A stretch of DNA of 64,000 bases from an uncultured Candidatus Poseidoniales archaeon (GCA_964389655.1 CAYMED010000012.1:661-64660), one strand, 5' to 3'; positions 1-10,167 are shown, counted from the stretch's first letter. Notes: generated by a model from the sequence alone, not told the origin. Numbers and translations are program-made.

Positions 1-883
1 CATGTTCACCGGGGCCAAATCCACCAAGTGGCGCCTTTCCCATCTCTCCGTTGCCACCATTGGCTGTGACCCCCCCCTCAAGGATCATTTCTGCTGCCAA
101 GATTGCTATACGACCTCCACCACGCCCACCCAAACTGGAAATTTGTTTTGGGTGTGTGGAAGTCATTGAAGTTGAATTTCCCCCGCTTGATCCATTTTCA
201 TCACCCCACCCATATGGTGGGGCTGAAGTTGTAGGTGCGGTGCTTCCACCTTTTCCTCCATAACCCGCATGTCCCCCCCCTCCCCCGCCACTTTCAGTTC
301 CTGGCGGCAATATTCTTCCTTCTTCCCCTGGGCTTGTTCCATTCCAAATTTTTGCGTCAGCAGTGATTGATGTACCTTGTTCTACGATCAATGTATTCAC
401 TCGAAGAACGAGTCCATTGTTGGCGTGGACAATACCACATTGCCCCTGCCCAATACAAGTAAGCCTCAACACGTCAAAAGAAACCTCCCCGCTGAGGTTA
501 ATTCTGCTTTTGACAGTCAAATTTCCCCCCCCTGCCCCGGGTGGGCTGGATGTTTCAGCATGTTCGATGCCAAGGGGTGTTAGATTTGTACCACTATAAT
601 TCCCCATTTTCAATGGATTCTGATCCCAATATAGTGTTTCATTTACCCCAATAATTGAGGGCGCAAGGCCGATTTCAACGCCCCCTTCAGTAAGCCTTGA
701 ACCGTGTTCGTGATCAAAATCAATTGACCCACCAGTGGGTAAATGAATTTGATTGAAAAATGACCAACTTTGATCCAAAGGTGTGTTTTCTAACCCGCTG
801 GACTGATTGGTCAACATTGGGGATAATACAGTCAGTATCATCAGTGCGGAAAGGGCTAGGCATGCTTTCTTATCCCTTGCCAT
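1..883 (-). CDS. Secreted glycine-rich (beta-helix-like) protein, N-terminal ~294 codons; gene continues beyond the left window edge
   Basis: Absent from the supplied ORF track because it has no in-window stop. Reading the reverse strand from ATG 883-881, no tta/cta/tca triplet falls in that frame down to position 1 (checked by hand). Translation starts MARDKKACLALSALMILTVLSPMLTNQSSG (signal-peptide-like) and becomes Gly-rich (GGGGGGHAGYGGKGG; LGGRGGGRIAILAAEMILEGGVTANGGNGE). A GAGGG purine motif lies 4 nt upstream of the ATG. Confidence 0.5.
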   Translation of the reverse strand, partial: MARDKKACLALSALMILTVLSPMLTNQSSGLENTPLDQSWSFFNQIHLPTGGSIDFDHEHGSRLTEGGVEIGLAPSIIGVNETLYWDQNPLKMGNYSGTNLTPLGIEHAETSSPPGAGGGNLTVKSRINLSGEVSFDVLRLTCIGQGQCGIVHANNGLVLRVNTLIVEQGTSITADAKIWNGTSPGEEGRILPPGTESGGGGGGHAGYGGKGGSTAPTTSAPPYGWGDENGSSGGNSTSMTSTHPKQISSLGGRGGGRIAILAAEMILEGGVTANGGNGEMGKAPLGGFGPGEH

Positions 884-940
884 ATACCCTCGTTTAATAC
901 CATAGGGATGAAGGTGACGGGAAGATGTGCTAACAACATT

Positions 941-2554
941 TCAGGCAGTTTCTTTTGGTGCAGCATTTCGCACATCTTCACTTACCCCTTCTTCATAACG
1001 CTTGAAATTATCATTGAACATTCGTGTAAGTTTGTTGGCGGTGCGATCAAATGCATTTTTATCATTCCAAGTATTTTTAGGTATCAATATGTTTTTTGGC
1101 ACACTAGGGCAGGATGTTGGTACCTCAATTCCAAATCGTTGGTCAATGGAATATTCAACGTCCTCGAGTTTTCCATCTAATGCAGCATTAAGCATTGAAC
1201 GAGTATGGGGTATTCGCATACGATGTCCTATACCATGGGGCCCTGCAGTCCATCCGGTATTGATAAGCCACACAGATGACCCATGTTCTGCGATCTTCTC
1301 GGAAAGAAGATTGGCATATACTCCCGGATGCATCGGCATAAATGGTTCTCCAAAACAAGCACTGAATGTGGCCCGAGGTTCGGTAACCCCCACTTCGGTA
1401 CCAGCAACTTTTGCAGTATACCCAGAAATAAAGTGGTAAGCTGCTTGAGCGGGAGTCAGCCGACTTATGGGCGGGAGTACACCAAACGCGTCACAAGTCA
1501 AGAAAACAACATGTTTTGGATGGTCGGCAGTAGAAGTAATCGTCCGGTTATCTATGAATTCAATTGGATAGGAGCCGCGCGTGTTTTCCGTTTTTGTGGT
1601 ATTAGAAAAATCAGGAATACCTTCTACGTCCAAGATGATATTTTCGAGTACAGTTCCAAAACGGCGAGTTGTAGAGAATATTGCGGGCTCATCCTCTTCA
1701 CTAAGGTCGATGAGTTTTGCATAACACCCCCCCTCAAAGTTGAAAACACCCTTTGAGCCCCATCCGTGCTCATCATCACCCACTAATTTTCGATTTGGAT
1801 CTGCAGAGAGTGTCGTTTTCCCAGTACCTGAAAGTCCAAAGAAGATTGCACTTACATTTTCAGTTGTATTGGCACTACAATGCATTGGTAGAATGCCCCG
1901 CTGAGGGAGCAGAAGATTCATCACACTGAATATGCTTTTTTTGATTTCGCCAGCATAACGCGTTCCCCCGATGATAACCTCTCCCTGCTGATAATTAACA
2001 ATCACAAACGCTTCTGAATTGACTCCATCATTTTCTTGTGCCTGAAACCACGGTGCGTGTAATACTGTGAATTCTGGGGTGTGGTCGGAAATTTCTTGCT
2101 CAGTTGGGCGAATGAACATATTCCTAGCAAATGCAGCATGCCAAGCAGATTCAGTAACAACTTGAATTGGTAACCTTTCAACCGGTTCCGCACCACAATA
2201 AAGGTCACTTATCCATAATTTCTCAGATGCTGAAAGGTGATTTACAACCCGCCGCCGCAAATTATTCCACACATTTGAATCGATAGGGACATTGACATTC
2301 CCCCAATTGATGAGGTGAGCAGTTGTTTTTTCATGAACAATGAATTTGTCATTTGGGGACCTCCCAGTTCTTGTTCCCGTTTCCGTAACTAGGGCCCTGT
2401 GGGCTGTGAAATTTCCCTCTCCGAGTTCGACAGAAATTTCGATGAGTGTTTTTGCATCAAGGTTTTCATGAATCTCACCCGATGGGTGGATTCCAAGCAC
2501 CTCTAACCTTGCGAATTTTTTTCGGTTCGGCCGCGATTCAGTAGTGCTTGCCAT
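941..2554 (-). CDS. pckA: Phosphoenolpyruvate carboxykinase (ATP)
   Basis: 537-aa full-length ORF with ATP-PEPCK hallmarks: P-loop FFGLSGTGKTTLS, DDEHGW, NFEGGCYAK, LTCDAFGVLPPISRL, GYTAKVAGTE. Confidence 0.93.
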   Translation of the reverse strand: MASTTESRPNRKKFARLEVLGIHPSGEIHENLDAKTLIEISVELGEGNFTAHRALVTETGTRTGRSPNDKFIVHEKTTAHLINWGNVNVPIDSNVWNNLRRRVVNHLSASEKLWISDLYCGAEPVERLPIQVVTESAWHAAFARNMFIRPTEQEISDHTPEFTVLHAPWFQAQENDGVNSEAFVIVNYQQGEVIIGGTRYAGEIKKSIFSVMNLLLPQRGILPMHCSANTTENVSAIFFGLSGTGKTTLSADPNRKLVGDDEHGWGSKGVFNFEGGCYAKLIDLSEEDEPAIFSTTRRFGTVLENIILDVEGIPDFSNTTKTENTRGSYPIEFIDNRTITSTADHPKHVVFLTCDAFGVLPPISRLTPAQAAYHFISGYTAKVAGTEVGVTEPRATFSACFGEPFMPMHPGVYANLLSEKIAEHGSSVWLINTGWTAGPHGIGHRMRIPHTRSMLNAALDGKLEDVEYSIDQRFGIEVPTSCPSVPKNILIPKNTWNDKNAFDRTANKLTRMFNDNFKRYEEGVSEDVRNAAPKETA

Positions 2555-2651
2555 AAGGGGTGGCCATTGCAGGCTGTTCTCAATGCTTGCGCTGTTCCGT
2601 TCTCTTTTTCTTTTGATTCACATCTTGATTTGAAACATCTTTACCGGGCCG

Positions 2652-2660
2652 AATATAATA
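2652..2660 (+). promoter_or_regulatory. TATA-box-like AATATAATA about 26-30 nt upstream of the 2686 start (possible leaderless promoter)
   Basis: AT-rich octamer in the 131-nt divergent intergenic region between pckA and the 2686 ORF. The spacing fits the archaeal TATA-to-TSS distance. Sequence inspection only. Confidence 0.3.
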
Positions 2661-2685
2661 TGTGTCACACAACTAGGATGGGTTC

Positions 2686-3435
2686 GTGTATTCTTTCCTT
2701 TCACCCGCAAAGGCGATCCGAAATGGATTGGTGATTTCATTAGCAACACTTGCAATTTCATGGATCATTTGGATTATTTCCGGATGCCACATCATTCCCC
2801 CATTTATCTCCGATTTTGGGATTCACCCACATGGTTCGTGGATTTTCATAATTGGCGTGTGTGTGGGCGCGACTTTTGTTGCAATTGGAATGATACATCA
2901 TACCGTCTCAATGCTTAATTGGGCTAGGTCCCGGCCGTCTCTTTCACTTTTAGCCCGAAGTGATGTCATTGCCCTACCCTTCGGTCTTCTAGTATGTGGT
3001 GCGTGCATCTCTCTAGTATTTCTCCCTTGGAATACCCTTGTCAAACCTCACGTTCAAGCCGCAATGATTATTTTCTATGGTGGTTCATTTTGGGCATCCC
3101 TGATGGTAATTGGGTCTTTTTCACGATCCCGCATCGATAAGGATTTCCAACCAATTCTCAATTATCGCATATATTTCTCACTTTCAGCGATTATATCACT
3201 TGCATGCATGATCAATCGTGTAGCCGCCGCATTTAGCGATAATTTCAGCATAAGCGACCATATGGAGGCATCGAAAAACTTCTATTCATTTTGTCAATAT
3301 CCACTAAACAATTTTGTCTATGCTGCGGCACTCTTTGAGTGGATGCTCATTCTTGCTATCCTTGCGAGTGTGTTTTCTCTTCACAAAGAAATACCTCTTT
3401 TTGAAAGACTTTTAGATTCAACAGAAGAGGGCTGA
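2686..3435 (+). CDS. Integral membrane protein, unknown family
   Basis: 249-aa ORF (GTG start in the track) with about 7 hydrophobic helix-length segments and no motif I recognise. It ends 34 nt upstream of the giant membrane-protein gene on the same strand. Confidence 0.55.
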   Translation: MYSFLSPAKAIRNGLVISLATLAISWIIWIISGCHIIPPFISDFGIHPHGSWIFIIGVCVGATFVAIGMIHHTVSMLNWARSRPSLSLLARSDVIALPFGLLVCGACISLVFLPWNTLVKPHVQAAMIIFYGGSFWASLMVIGSFSRSRIDKDFQPILNYRIYFSLSAIISLACMINRVAAAFSDNFSISDHMEASKNFYSFCQYPLNNFVYAAALFEWMLILAILASVFSLHKEIPLFERLLDSTEEG

Positions 3436-3469
3436 TCTCAACGTAAGTACGGCAAAGCGTCTTCATTCA

Positions 3470-6400
3470 ATGGCGCTTTCGGATGGCATGGCTGACAAAA
3501 GGGGCGTCTTGGATGCGCGCCGCTTTGAACTGGAGGGTGGCCTAGATCTTGCCTCATTTATTTCTCAGGATATAGAATTAAATCAGCGCATGGATATGGC
3601 ATCTTTAGATTTCAAATCCCCAGAACCGACGTCAACTGGTGCCGCCGCAATCGAAGTCCAAGTTCATTGGGGCCTTATGGTCCTCCTAATTGGTTCAGCA
3701 AGTGCTCTCGGCATTGCAGTTGGAATTGCAACACAACCTCTTGTGGCCACTCCTGCGTTGGTATTATTGTCTGTCATTTCATTTGCATTGGCTGAGCGAT
3801 GGATTCCCGAAACCCGAATGCGGTCCCTTGGAATTGTTTGGGCAATTATTGCTCTACGCACATTGGATGGACTAATCCTCAATGCCCACGATTGGGGCTG
3901 GTTTGGGGTCGGTGATCAAGCCTCTCTTTTCGCCTCTTCTCTTCTTGCTTTGTTGGTTATTTTCAATCTCTATTATGCTGGTCGCCACAATTCAGACTTT
4001 ATCGCGGCCCAAGCAACACTCGTTCTTCTCCTTGTTTCAACCGTTGCAGGATCTCTTGGAGGGGTCGGTTGGTTGGTTTCGATGATTATTCTTTCAACAT
4101 TGATTTTACACGGAACAGCACTCCACCGCAATAGTGGCACACTTGCAGTTTTGGGGGTTGCAGCAAGTAACTTGTGGATTGGGGTTCATGCACTTTTAGG
4201 AGGATATATGTTTGCCGGATTTTTGGTTACATCCCTAAATGAACCTACAATTCTCATAGGCGTATTTGGCTTTGTCAATGCAGTGAATGCAGCGGCAACA
4301 GCTCGCCTTTCAAAAGCCGACAATTGGTTTGGTGACATGATTTCCCACCTTGGGTTTGGGCGCCCGACAGTGTGGGTGTTAAGCGTCTGTTTGGGTCTAA
4401 TTGGTGCTACTTTAGCAATTATAGCGGTGAGAGGGCAAACAAGTATCGCCTTGAGCTTGATATCCCTTCTAGCCTTGTTTGCAGTACCCTCTTACCTCCG
4501 CGTTAAGAGCAATGAATCAATTCGTACTGAGATTGTATCTTGGTCATTGCTTCCTGGCCTTGGCTTTCTTCTATTGGGTGGTGGCTTTGGCCAAGAATCA
4601 ACACCTTTGGCATTGACGGCAACATGCGGGGCTGTTCTATGCTCATTAGCGATCCTTCTACCTTCCAAAGGTGTTCTTGGAATTAAGACCACTCATGTGA
4701 TTGCCCCATCCGCATTAATCTCAGCAATTCTTCTCTTGATATTTGGAGATGGGACTTCTTTTTCCGCTATTGCATCGATATCAGGATGGGTAACTGCTGC
4801 CGTTCTAATTCGCCATGGCTCGGCTGTTACGGATGGGGTCCTTGTGAGCGCAGCGATTAGTTTGATCATATTGTGCAGTTTGGTAACAGGGTCTGAAAAT
4901 GGTGGATGGATTCTCATCCTCATTCTAGTGGGCCTACTAAGTTCACTGACCTTTGTCGCAGTACAACGAAATTCAGCAGCAATTGCCTCAACGGTGGCCA
5001 TGCTCCCATGGCTTTGGATCCTCACTTTTGGGCTTCCCTCTTCAGTTCGCCTGTTAGGGGGTACTTCATCTTGGGTTTCTCCGTCAGGGGGAGCGATGGG
5101 TGTATTTGCTTTGTCAGCAACTCTCCTTCAAGTCCCACTTGGGCGGGGGTCTGGAAAACTTGAAGTTATTCTCCCGAATCCTGGCCCTCTCAAAGAATTA
5201 GCTGACCGAATGAGACGCTCAGGGCTGCTACGCGTGTGGTCGGTTGCCTGGGTGGCGGGATTAATTGGATGGGTATCTCTTTTCTCTTCTCTCGATCCGA
5301 GGCTGGCTCTTTTTGGTCCGATTCTTCTTCTCTCAATTCATGCGTCTGCCCGCATTTTTGGGCGCTCATCAATGCCCATTGAAGTATTATCCATTGGTTT
5401 CATTGCTTCTGGTGCGATTTTATCTTGGCTTGGAAGTGGAATTATTGTATGGATGGCGGGCCTTGTAGGCGTATTACTTTTTGACAGAAATAATCAGACA
5501 AAAGCGATTATTTTGACTTTTTCAGGCCTTGCAGGCCTTATGGTTGTATGGCTAATCCATCCTTCGCCTAGTCCAACCCATGGATTTACGATGGATAATG
5601 AACGATGGCTTGCTATTGGGTTGGTGGGTGTGTCTCTGGGAAGTTATCTTCCAAGAGCAAGTCGAATAGATAATCTCCTTGGCCCAGCACTTTCTAGCGT
5701 TCTTTGTCTACTCACCCTTCTTCCATTTTCATCTGATTTGAGTGGAGGACTTCTCATATCCACCCTCCTTGCGTTGAGCGCTGGTGCTTGGTTAGCAGCA
5801 CAAGGTGAAGTTCGTTCCGCTGTGGCCGGTGTTGCTGAGCGCGAGCGAAGAGTTGCAGAATTCCACTCTAAGTACGATGATTTCAACCCATCAAAGGGAG
5901 ATGGATCTCTTCGATTATTTGACCCGGAATTACTTGCATTAGCGAAGCGCAAAGGTTCGGGCGAAATATCGCAAGAGGATGTGGAATCTATCCTTCGAGC
6001 AGAGATTCATCACCGTCCAGTGATTGTTCTTGTGTTGTTATCCTCCTTGACTCTTGCAGGGATTTGGGGGGCGTGGATTTCAGGATCTGCATTAGCACCC
6101 GTCATTCTAGGAACAGTAACATTGAGTGCAATTGGATTTGTTGCTCTAGCACGCTGGCGTTCCAAGGATTTTGAACTTCCCCTCCCCGACGTTTTTGGAG
6201 TAGAGGTAACTATTGTTGCGGGGTTAATTGGGATCGTGTTGGTCCATCTTTCTGGTCGTTTATCGACTTCTGCACTTGTCACGGGAGATGGCGGACAAGA
6301 GTGGGGCCTCCTACTCATTGCATGTTCCTCTTTGATTATTTTAGCACCCTTTGCCCGTGAAAACCGTATTGTGCGTCTCCGAAGCGTCCTCGATTTTGGG

Positions 6401-7189
6401 CTAGTAATCTTACTTATTGACCGCTTTATTGCAGCAATTTTTGGGCGGATGGCGGCGCCCCTGCGTGTTGACCTCCGCATCTTTGATGAATCAACATTCG
6501 CTTGGTTGGGTTCTGAAATTATTTTGCTTTTGGCTTGGATGCTTCTAGTAACTCTTCGCCCAGTAGACCGAATAGTTGGTTCTGATGCACGGAGATCTCG
6601 CGAGAAAGAACTTTTACACGTGGGATTATTAGTTTGTCTTTCAAGCGGCCCTGTGGCAGTGATTGTTTCACTTGATGCTCTCATACGTAGTATTCGCGTG
6701 CGACACCCTGAGTTGGGTTCAGCAGGGTTTATTGGTTTCTCTTTATCCCTTTTCTCACTTGGGTCTTCATCGACGACCCTAGGCGAACATGTGCCAGAAA
6801 TAACTGCATTTATTGGTTTAATTGCACTAATTATTGTGTCTGCGGGGGTTGTTCTCCGCGAATCACTTTGGACACTTTCTCTCCTTGTGGTAGCGCACCT
6901 TCTCCTCCTTGTTGGAATTGTAACATATTATGGTACAATAGAGGGTACTTCAGCAATTGCAATTCTTCTTCTGTCAACAGTAACTTGGCTTTCCGGCCTA
7001 TTTGAGCAACGCAGAGGTCTCCGCGCATTAGGCGCCATCGATCTAACAGCCTGCTGGATTGTAACTGGTTTGGCCGTTTCATCTCTAACACCTTCAATGA
7101 TGGCAATCATTGGAGTTGGTACAGTATCTCTCTTGGCAGTGGTTACTTGGCTTAGCCAACGCATGATGGTTGAAATCCTCGAAGATTAG
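3470..7189 (+). CDS. Giant polytopic membrane protein (1239 aa), unknown family
   Basis: Uninterrupted 3.7-kb ORF. By eye it has about 35-40 hydrophobic helix-length segments in two blocks, split by one ~70-aa charged soluble segment (AERERRVAEFHSKYDDFNPSKGDGSLRLFDPELLALAKRKGSGEISQEDVESILRAE). No transporter or enzyme motif recognised. Confidence 0.7.
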   Translation: MALSDGMADKRGVLDARRFELEGGLDLASFISQDIELNQRMDMASLDFKSPEPTSTGAAAIEVQVHWGLMVLLIGSASALGIAVGIATQPLVATPALVLLSVISFALAERWIPETRMRSLGIVWAIIALRTLDGLILNAHDWGWFGVGDQASLFASSLLALLVIFNLYYAGRHNSDFIAAQATLVLLLVSTVAGSLGGVGWLVSMIILSTLILHGTALHRNSGTLAVLGVAASNLWIGVHALLGGYMFAGFLVTSLNEPTILIGVFGFVNAVNAAATARLSKADNWFGDMISHLGFGRPTVWVLSVCLGLIGATLAIIAVRGQTSIALSLISLLALFAVPSYLRVKSNESIRTEIVSWSLLPGLGFLLLGGGFGQESTPLALTATCGAVLCSLAILLPSKGVLGIKTTHVIAPSALISAILLLIFGDGTSFSAIASISGWVTAAVLIRHGSAVTDGVLVSAAISLIILCSLVTGSENGGWILILILVGLLSSLTFVAVQRNSAAIASTVAMLPWLWILTFGLPSSVRLLGGTSSWVSPSGGAMGVFALSATLLQVPLGRGSGKLEVILPNPGPLKELADRMRRSGLLRVWSVAWVAGLIGWVSLFSSLDPRLALFGPILLLSIHASARIFGRSSMPIEVLSIGFIASGAILSWLGSGIIVWMAGLVGVLLFDRNNQTKAIILTFSGLAGLMVVWLIHPSPSPTHGFTMDNERWLAIGLVGVSLGSYLPRASRIDNLLGPALSSVLCLLTLLPFSSDLSGGLLISTLLALSAGAWLAAQGEVRSAVAGVAERERRVAEFHSKYDDFNPSKGDGSLRLFDPELLALAKRKGSGEISQEDVESILRAEIHHRPVIVLVLLSSLTLAGIWGAWISGSALAPVILGTVTLSAIGFVALARWRSKDFELPLPDVFGVEVTIVAGLIGIVLVHLSGRLSTSALVTGDGGQEWGLLLIACSSLIILAPFARENRIVRLRSVLDFGLVILLIDRFIAAIFGRMAAPLRVDLRIFDESTFAWLGSEIILLLAWMLLVTLRPVDRIVGSDARRSREKELLHVGLLVCLSSGPVAVIVSLDALIRSIRVRHPELGSAGFIGFSLSLFSLGSSSTTLGEHVPEITAFIGLIALIIVSAGVVLRESLWTLSLLVVAHLLLLVGIVTYYGTIEGTSAIAILLLSTVTWLSGLFEQRRGLRALGAIDLTACWIVTGLAVSSLTPSMMAIIGVGTVSLLAVVTWLSQRMMVEILED

Positions 7190-8907
7190 TCTATAATTTT
7201 CAGTGCACCCAGCAAACTCTTCCGAATCAGTTCAAGGTGGGGCGCTGGGTTACATATTGGATTGGCAGTATCAACTCGAAACGTAGCATTTGTCCTTGTT
7301 TCAGTACCAGAGTTCCGTATTGCAAGTGAAATTTGATTTTCCCCCCAATTCCCCTCAAGTAATAATAGAGATATTTCCCCCTCAATTCGCCGTTTCTTGA
7401 GGATTGGACGCACCCCAGATTCATTGTACAACCTTTCTACAAATTCATTTTCAATTTTTAGAGCCAATTCCCCATCAGGATCCCAAAGCATTTGATTTAC
7501 TTCATGTACACTGACCCTTTGTTTCCAACCCGTTGCAGATCTTATTTTTGAGATTAAATTTGAGTGTGATTGTTTTAATTTAGAACGGGCGCGTAGAAAT
7601 TGCAGAAATGTGGCACTTCCATCACCAAGCAAATACCAACTTTCTTTGGTATGTGGATAAATTACAGGCATGATAACATGTCCTGAGTCTTCACTCCCAA
7701 TTATTGCAGGGGGCGTTAACCCCTTCATCTGATCCGCACTTACAGATTGCAGGAGTGCGTTGGCCAGCCACCTATCCCCTACAGCGGTTTCAAGTTGTAG
7801 AATAGTTCCTATTTCTCCTTCAATGCGCGGGAGTCCCAAATCCGATTCGATTGTGCGTGCTAAAGTCCACTCTCTTTCTAAATCTGCTAAAACAATTTCA
7901 GATGCCATTCTATCCCCATCAATTAACCCCACTCCACCGCTCGTTTTTTCTATAGCTAGGCAGCGATCCCCATCCCCGTCTAGTGCAACACCAATGATTG
8001 TTCCAGTTGGATACTTTTCTAATTCCTTTTCTCTTTTGGAAATAGCGTGAAGTAGCACGTGCTCTTGCTTATTTGCGCGCAATTCTTCCCACCCCCATTT
8101 ATCTCCTGGGTTGAATCCAGCAGCGCCACAATTTGCATTCAAATCACGCCCATCATTGGAAATTTCAACACATTCAATCTGATTCTCGGATATTTTCTTA
8201 GAAAACCAAACAGGGAGGTCGCTCCCAGCCCCATCAAGAATTAAGGGGTTGGAAGTGACAGATGCGATACAATCCCAACTGATTGTCCTCATCATAGACG
8301 TGAGGTGTCTTTTGTATGTCTTTTCTGCAAGGTCAGTTACAACCCAATCAATTTTCCCAGGAGGGGGTGAATAATCCATTTCTTCAAGTTTTTTTTCAAT
8401 TTCCAGTTCCGCCTCAGGAAATGATTTGTACCCGTTTTCATCAAACCATTTCAAGCCAGAATCGGATACAGGATTATGCGATGCAGTAATCATCCAACCA
8501 GCATCGCACTTCAACTCTAATTGAGTTAGAACTAGTCCTGGTGTAGATGTAAGTCCTACGATTTCGATAACACCTCCAACTGAACACGCGCCTTCCATCA
8601 GCGCTCTCCCAATGTCCTGATTAGATGGCCGATTATCCCACCCTATGGCGATTCTAGCAGCACCCCTTCGCCCAATAATATGTTCTGCAATAAGGGCGCC
8701 CATTGCTCTCAGCAGTGGGTTTGTAATTGTCCTTTTTTCACGCCAAAGGATGCGAGCACCTTCGATTTTTTCAGCACCTTCGAGATCGATTTCACCCCTC
8801 ACCCCATCGGTACCGAATACACGCATATTGGACCCAATTAGGGGGGTGCTGATCATGCTTGTCAGTCCAAGCATATGATGCGAACCCTCATCTATGTGTC
8901 CCGACAT
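7186..8907 (-). CDS. alpha-D-phosphohexomutase superfamily enzyme (GlmM/ManB-like)
   Basis: Motifs FGTDGVRG, active-site Ser loop TASHNPVSDSGLK, Mg site DGDGDRC and sugar loop GSEDSGH. The likely true start is the internal MRVFGTDGVRG (ATG at 8826). It is about 100 aa longer than a typical GlmM. Its stop overlaps the stop of the convergent 3470..7189 gene. Confidence 0.85.
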   Translation of the reverse strand: MSGHIDEGSHHMLGLTSMISTPLIGSNMRVFGTDGVRGEIDLEGAEKIEGARILWREKRTITNPLLRAMGALIAEHIIGRRGAARIAIGWDNRPSNQDIGRALMEGACSVGGVIEIVGLTSTPGLVLTQLELKCDAGWMITASHNPVSDSGLKWFDENGYKSFPEAELEIEKKLEEMDYSPPPGKIDWVVTDLAEKTYKRHLTSMMRTISWDCIASVTSNPLILDGAGSDLPVWFSKKISENQIECVEISNDGRDLNANCGAAGFNPGDKWGWEELRANKQEHVLLHAISKREKELEKYPTGTIIGVALDGDGDRCLAIEKTSGGVGLIDGDRMASEIVLADLEREWTLARTIESDLGLPRIEGEIGTILQLETAVGDRWLANALLQSVSADQMKGLTPPAIIGSEDSGHVIMPVIYPHTKESWYLLGDGSATFLQFLRARSKLKQSHSNLISKIRSATGWKQRVSVHEVNQMLWDPDGELALKIENEFVERLYNESGVRPILKKRRIEGEISLLLLEGNWGENQISLAIRNSGTETRTNATFRVDTANPICNPAPHLELIRKSLLGALKIID

Positions 8908-8917
8908 ACGTTAATTA

Positions 8918-9262
8918 ATGGCCTCCAAAAACACAGGCTCGGCGATCTGGCTCTTTTTGGGGATTGCCCAATTATATTTTGCAACAATCCTCCATGAGCA
9001 TATTGTGGATTGGCTTGAACCAATCTTTGGTACTGGTGGCGCGGCCTTTCTCGTTCTTGCGGGATTTGCTTGGATAAAAGGCCAAAAGGCGGATCAAGTA
9101 GGTGCCGGCGGGGAATATAACCGAAATGAACGAAGTTCTTGGGCAAAAGACGAGGCAGGGTTGTGGCACGTTTCTTCAATCAATAAGAGGGATAATTCGA
9201 CAGGTCTGATTTTCATAATCGGGCTTGCCGTTTTGTTTTTCGGCGGAAAAATGTTGGGCTGA
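8918..9262 (+). CDS. Small membrane protein (3 hydrophobic helices)
   Basis: 114-aa ORF and first of four co-directional, closely spaced genes ending in flotillin. No recognisable family. Confidence 0.45.
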   Translation: MASKNTGSAIWLFLGIAQLYFATILHEHIVDWLEPIFGTGGAAFLVLAGFAWIKGQKADQVGAGGEYNRNERSSWAKDEAGLWHVSSINKRDNSTGLIFIIGLAVLFFGGKMLG

Positions 9263-9271
9263 GGCCATTAC

Positions 9272-9514
9272 ATGAGCAAGATTGCTGAATTTGTCTCAGA
9301 TGAAAATAAACACCAAGCACTAGATGGGTATTGGGTTGTTTTTCGACGCTTCGCGCTTTTTGGTATTTTGGTATTTATCGGGATGCTCCTTTCCACATTT
9401 AACATCCCTTTGATTATAGTTACACTGGTAACTGGGGCTTCAATAGGGCCATTGTTTGCCTTGGAATATTATTTGACAATTATCAGACCAACCAAGAATC
9501 GAATAGAGCAGTGA
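9272..9514 (+). CDS. Small membrane protein (2 hydrophobic helices)
   Basis: 80-aa ORF starting 9 nt after the previous gene. Hairpin-like TM pair (FALFGILVFIGMLLSTF / IIVTLVTGASIGPLFAL). Confidence 0.45.
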   Translation: MSKIAEFVSDENKHQALDGYWVVFRRFALFGILVFIGMLLSTFNIPLIIVTLVTGASIGPLFALEYYLTIIRPTKNRIEQ

Positions 9515-9561
9515 GAATGTTACGATCAATTCATGCGTGAAGTCATTTACAACATACACCA

Positions 9562-10167
9562 ATGGCTTTTGACTTGATGGATTTAGTTGGGCTCGGCGGG
9601 GTTAAGGGCTTAGAGCTCATTTTTGGAATTTGTGCGCTAGTGGGGGCATTTCTTTTCCTACTATGGTTCGTGATGATGATGATCGGCGGTGCACTAAGTG
9701 ATGTCGTCGATGGAGTGAGTGGAGGCGACTTTTCATTAGGTGATGCAGACCTATCTTTCAAAGCACTCACATTCCAAGGAATTTCTGCGTTTCTCATGAT
9801 GTTTGGATTGGTCGGTTTAGCAGTTTTCCGCACTTCAGATTATCAAGCACTTTCAGTGATTGCTGGCGGCGGTGCGGGGGGGGCATCCATGTGGGGTGTC
9901 GCGAAAATGTTCGATTGGTTCAAATCATTCGAGACAAGCGGGAATGTAGATATTGGGAATGCGGTTGGCTCCACAGGGGAGGTTTATGTTAAAATTCCTG
10001 CAAATGGTCGTGGCCAAGTACAAGTAACTTTCCAGGGTGCTCTTAGGACACATGATGCCCTATCAACAACAGGGGCCGCACTCTCGACAGGATCTTTAAT
10101 CCGCGTAAAAGAAATTGCAGGCTCGATGTTAATTGTTGAACCTCTCAGACCAGATAGTGAAGAGTGA
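9562..10167 (+). CDS. NfeD/YqiJ-like membrane protein
   Basis: Three N-terminal hydrophobic helices plus a C-terminal beta-rich OB-like segment (GEVYVKIPANGRGQVQVTFQGALRTHDALS...GSLIRVKEIAGSMLIVEPL). It sits directly upstream of a flotillin gene, as in known NfeD-SPFH operons. Confidence 0.7.
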   Translation: MAFDLMDLVGLGGVKGLELIFGICALVGAFLFLLWFVMMMIGGALSDVVDGVSGGDFSLGDADLSFKALTFQGISAFLMMFGLVGLAVFRTSDYQALSVIAGGGAGGASMWGVAKMFDWFKSFETSGNVDIGNAVGSTGEVYVKIPANGRGQVQVTFQGALRTHDALSTTGAALSTGSLIRVKEIAGSMLIVEPLRPDSEE

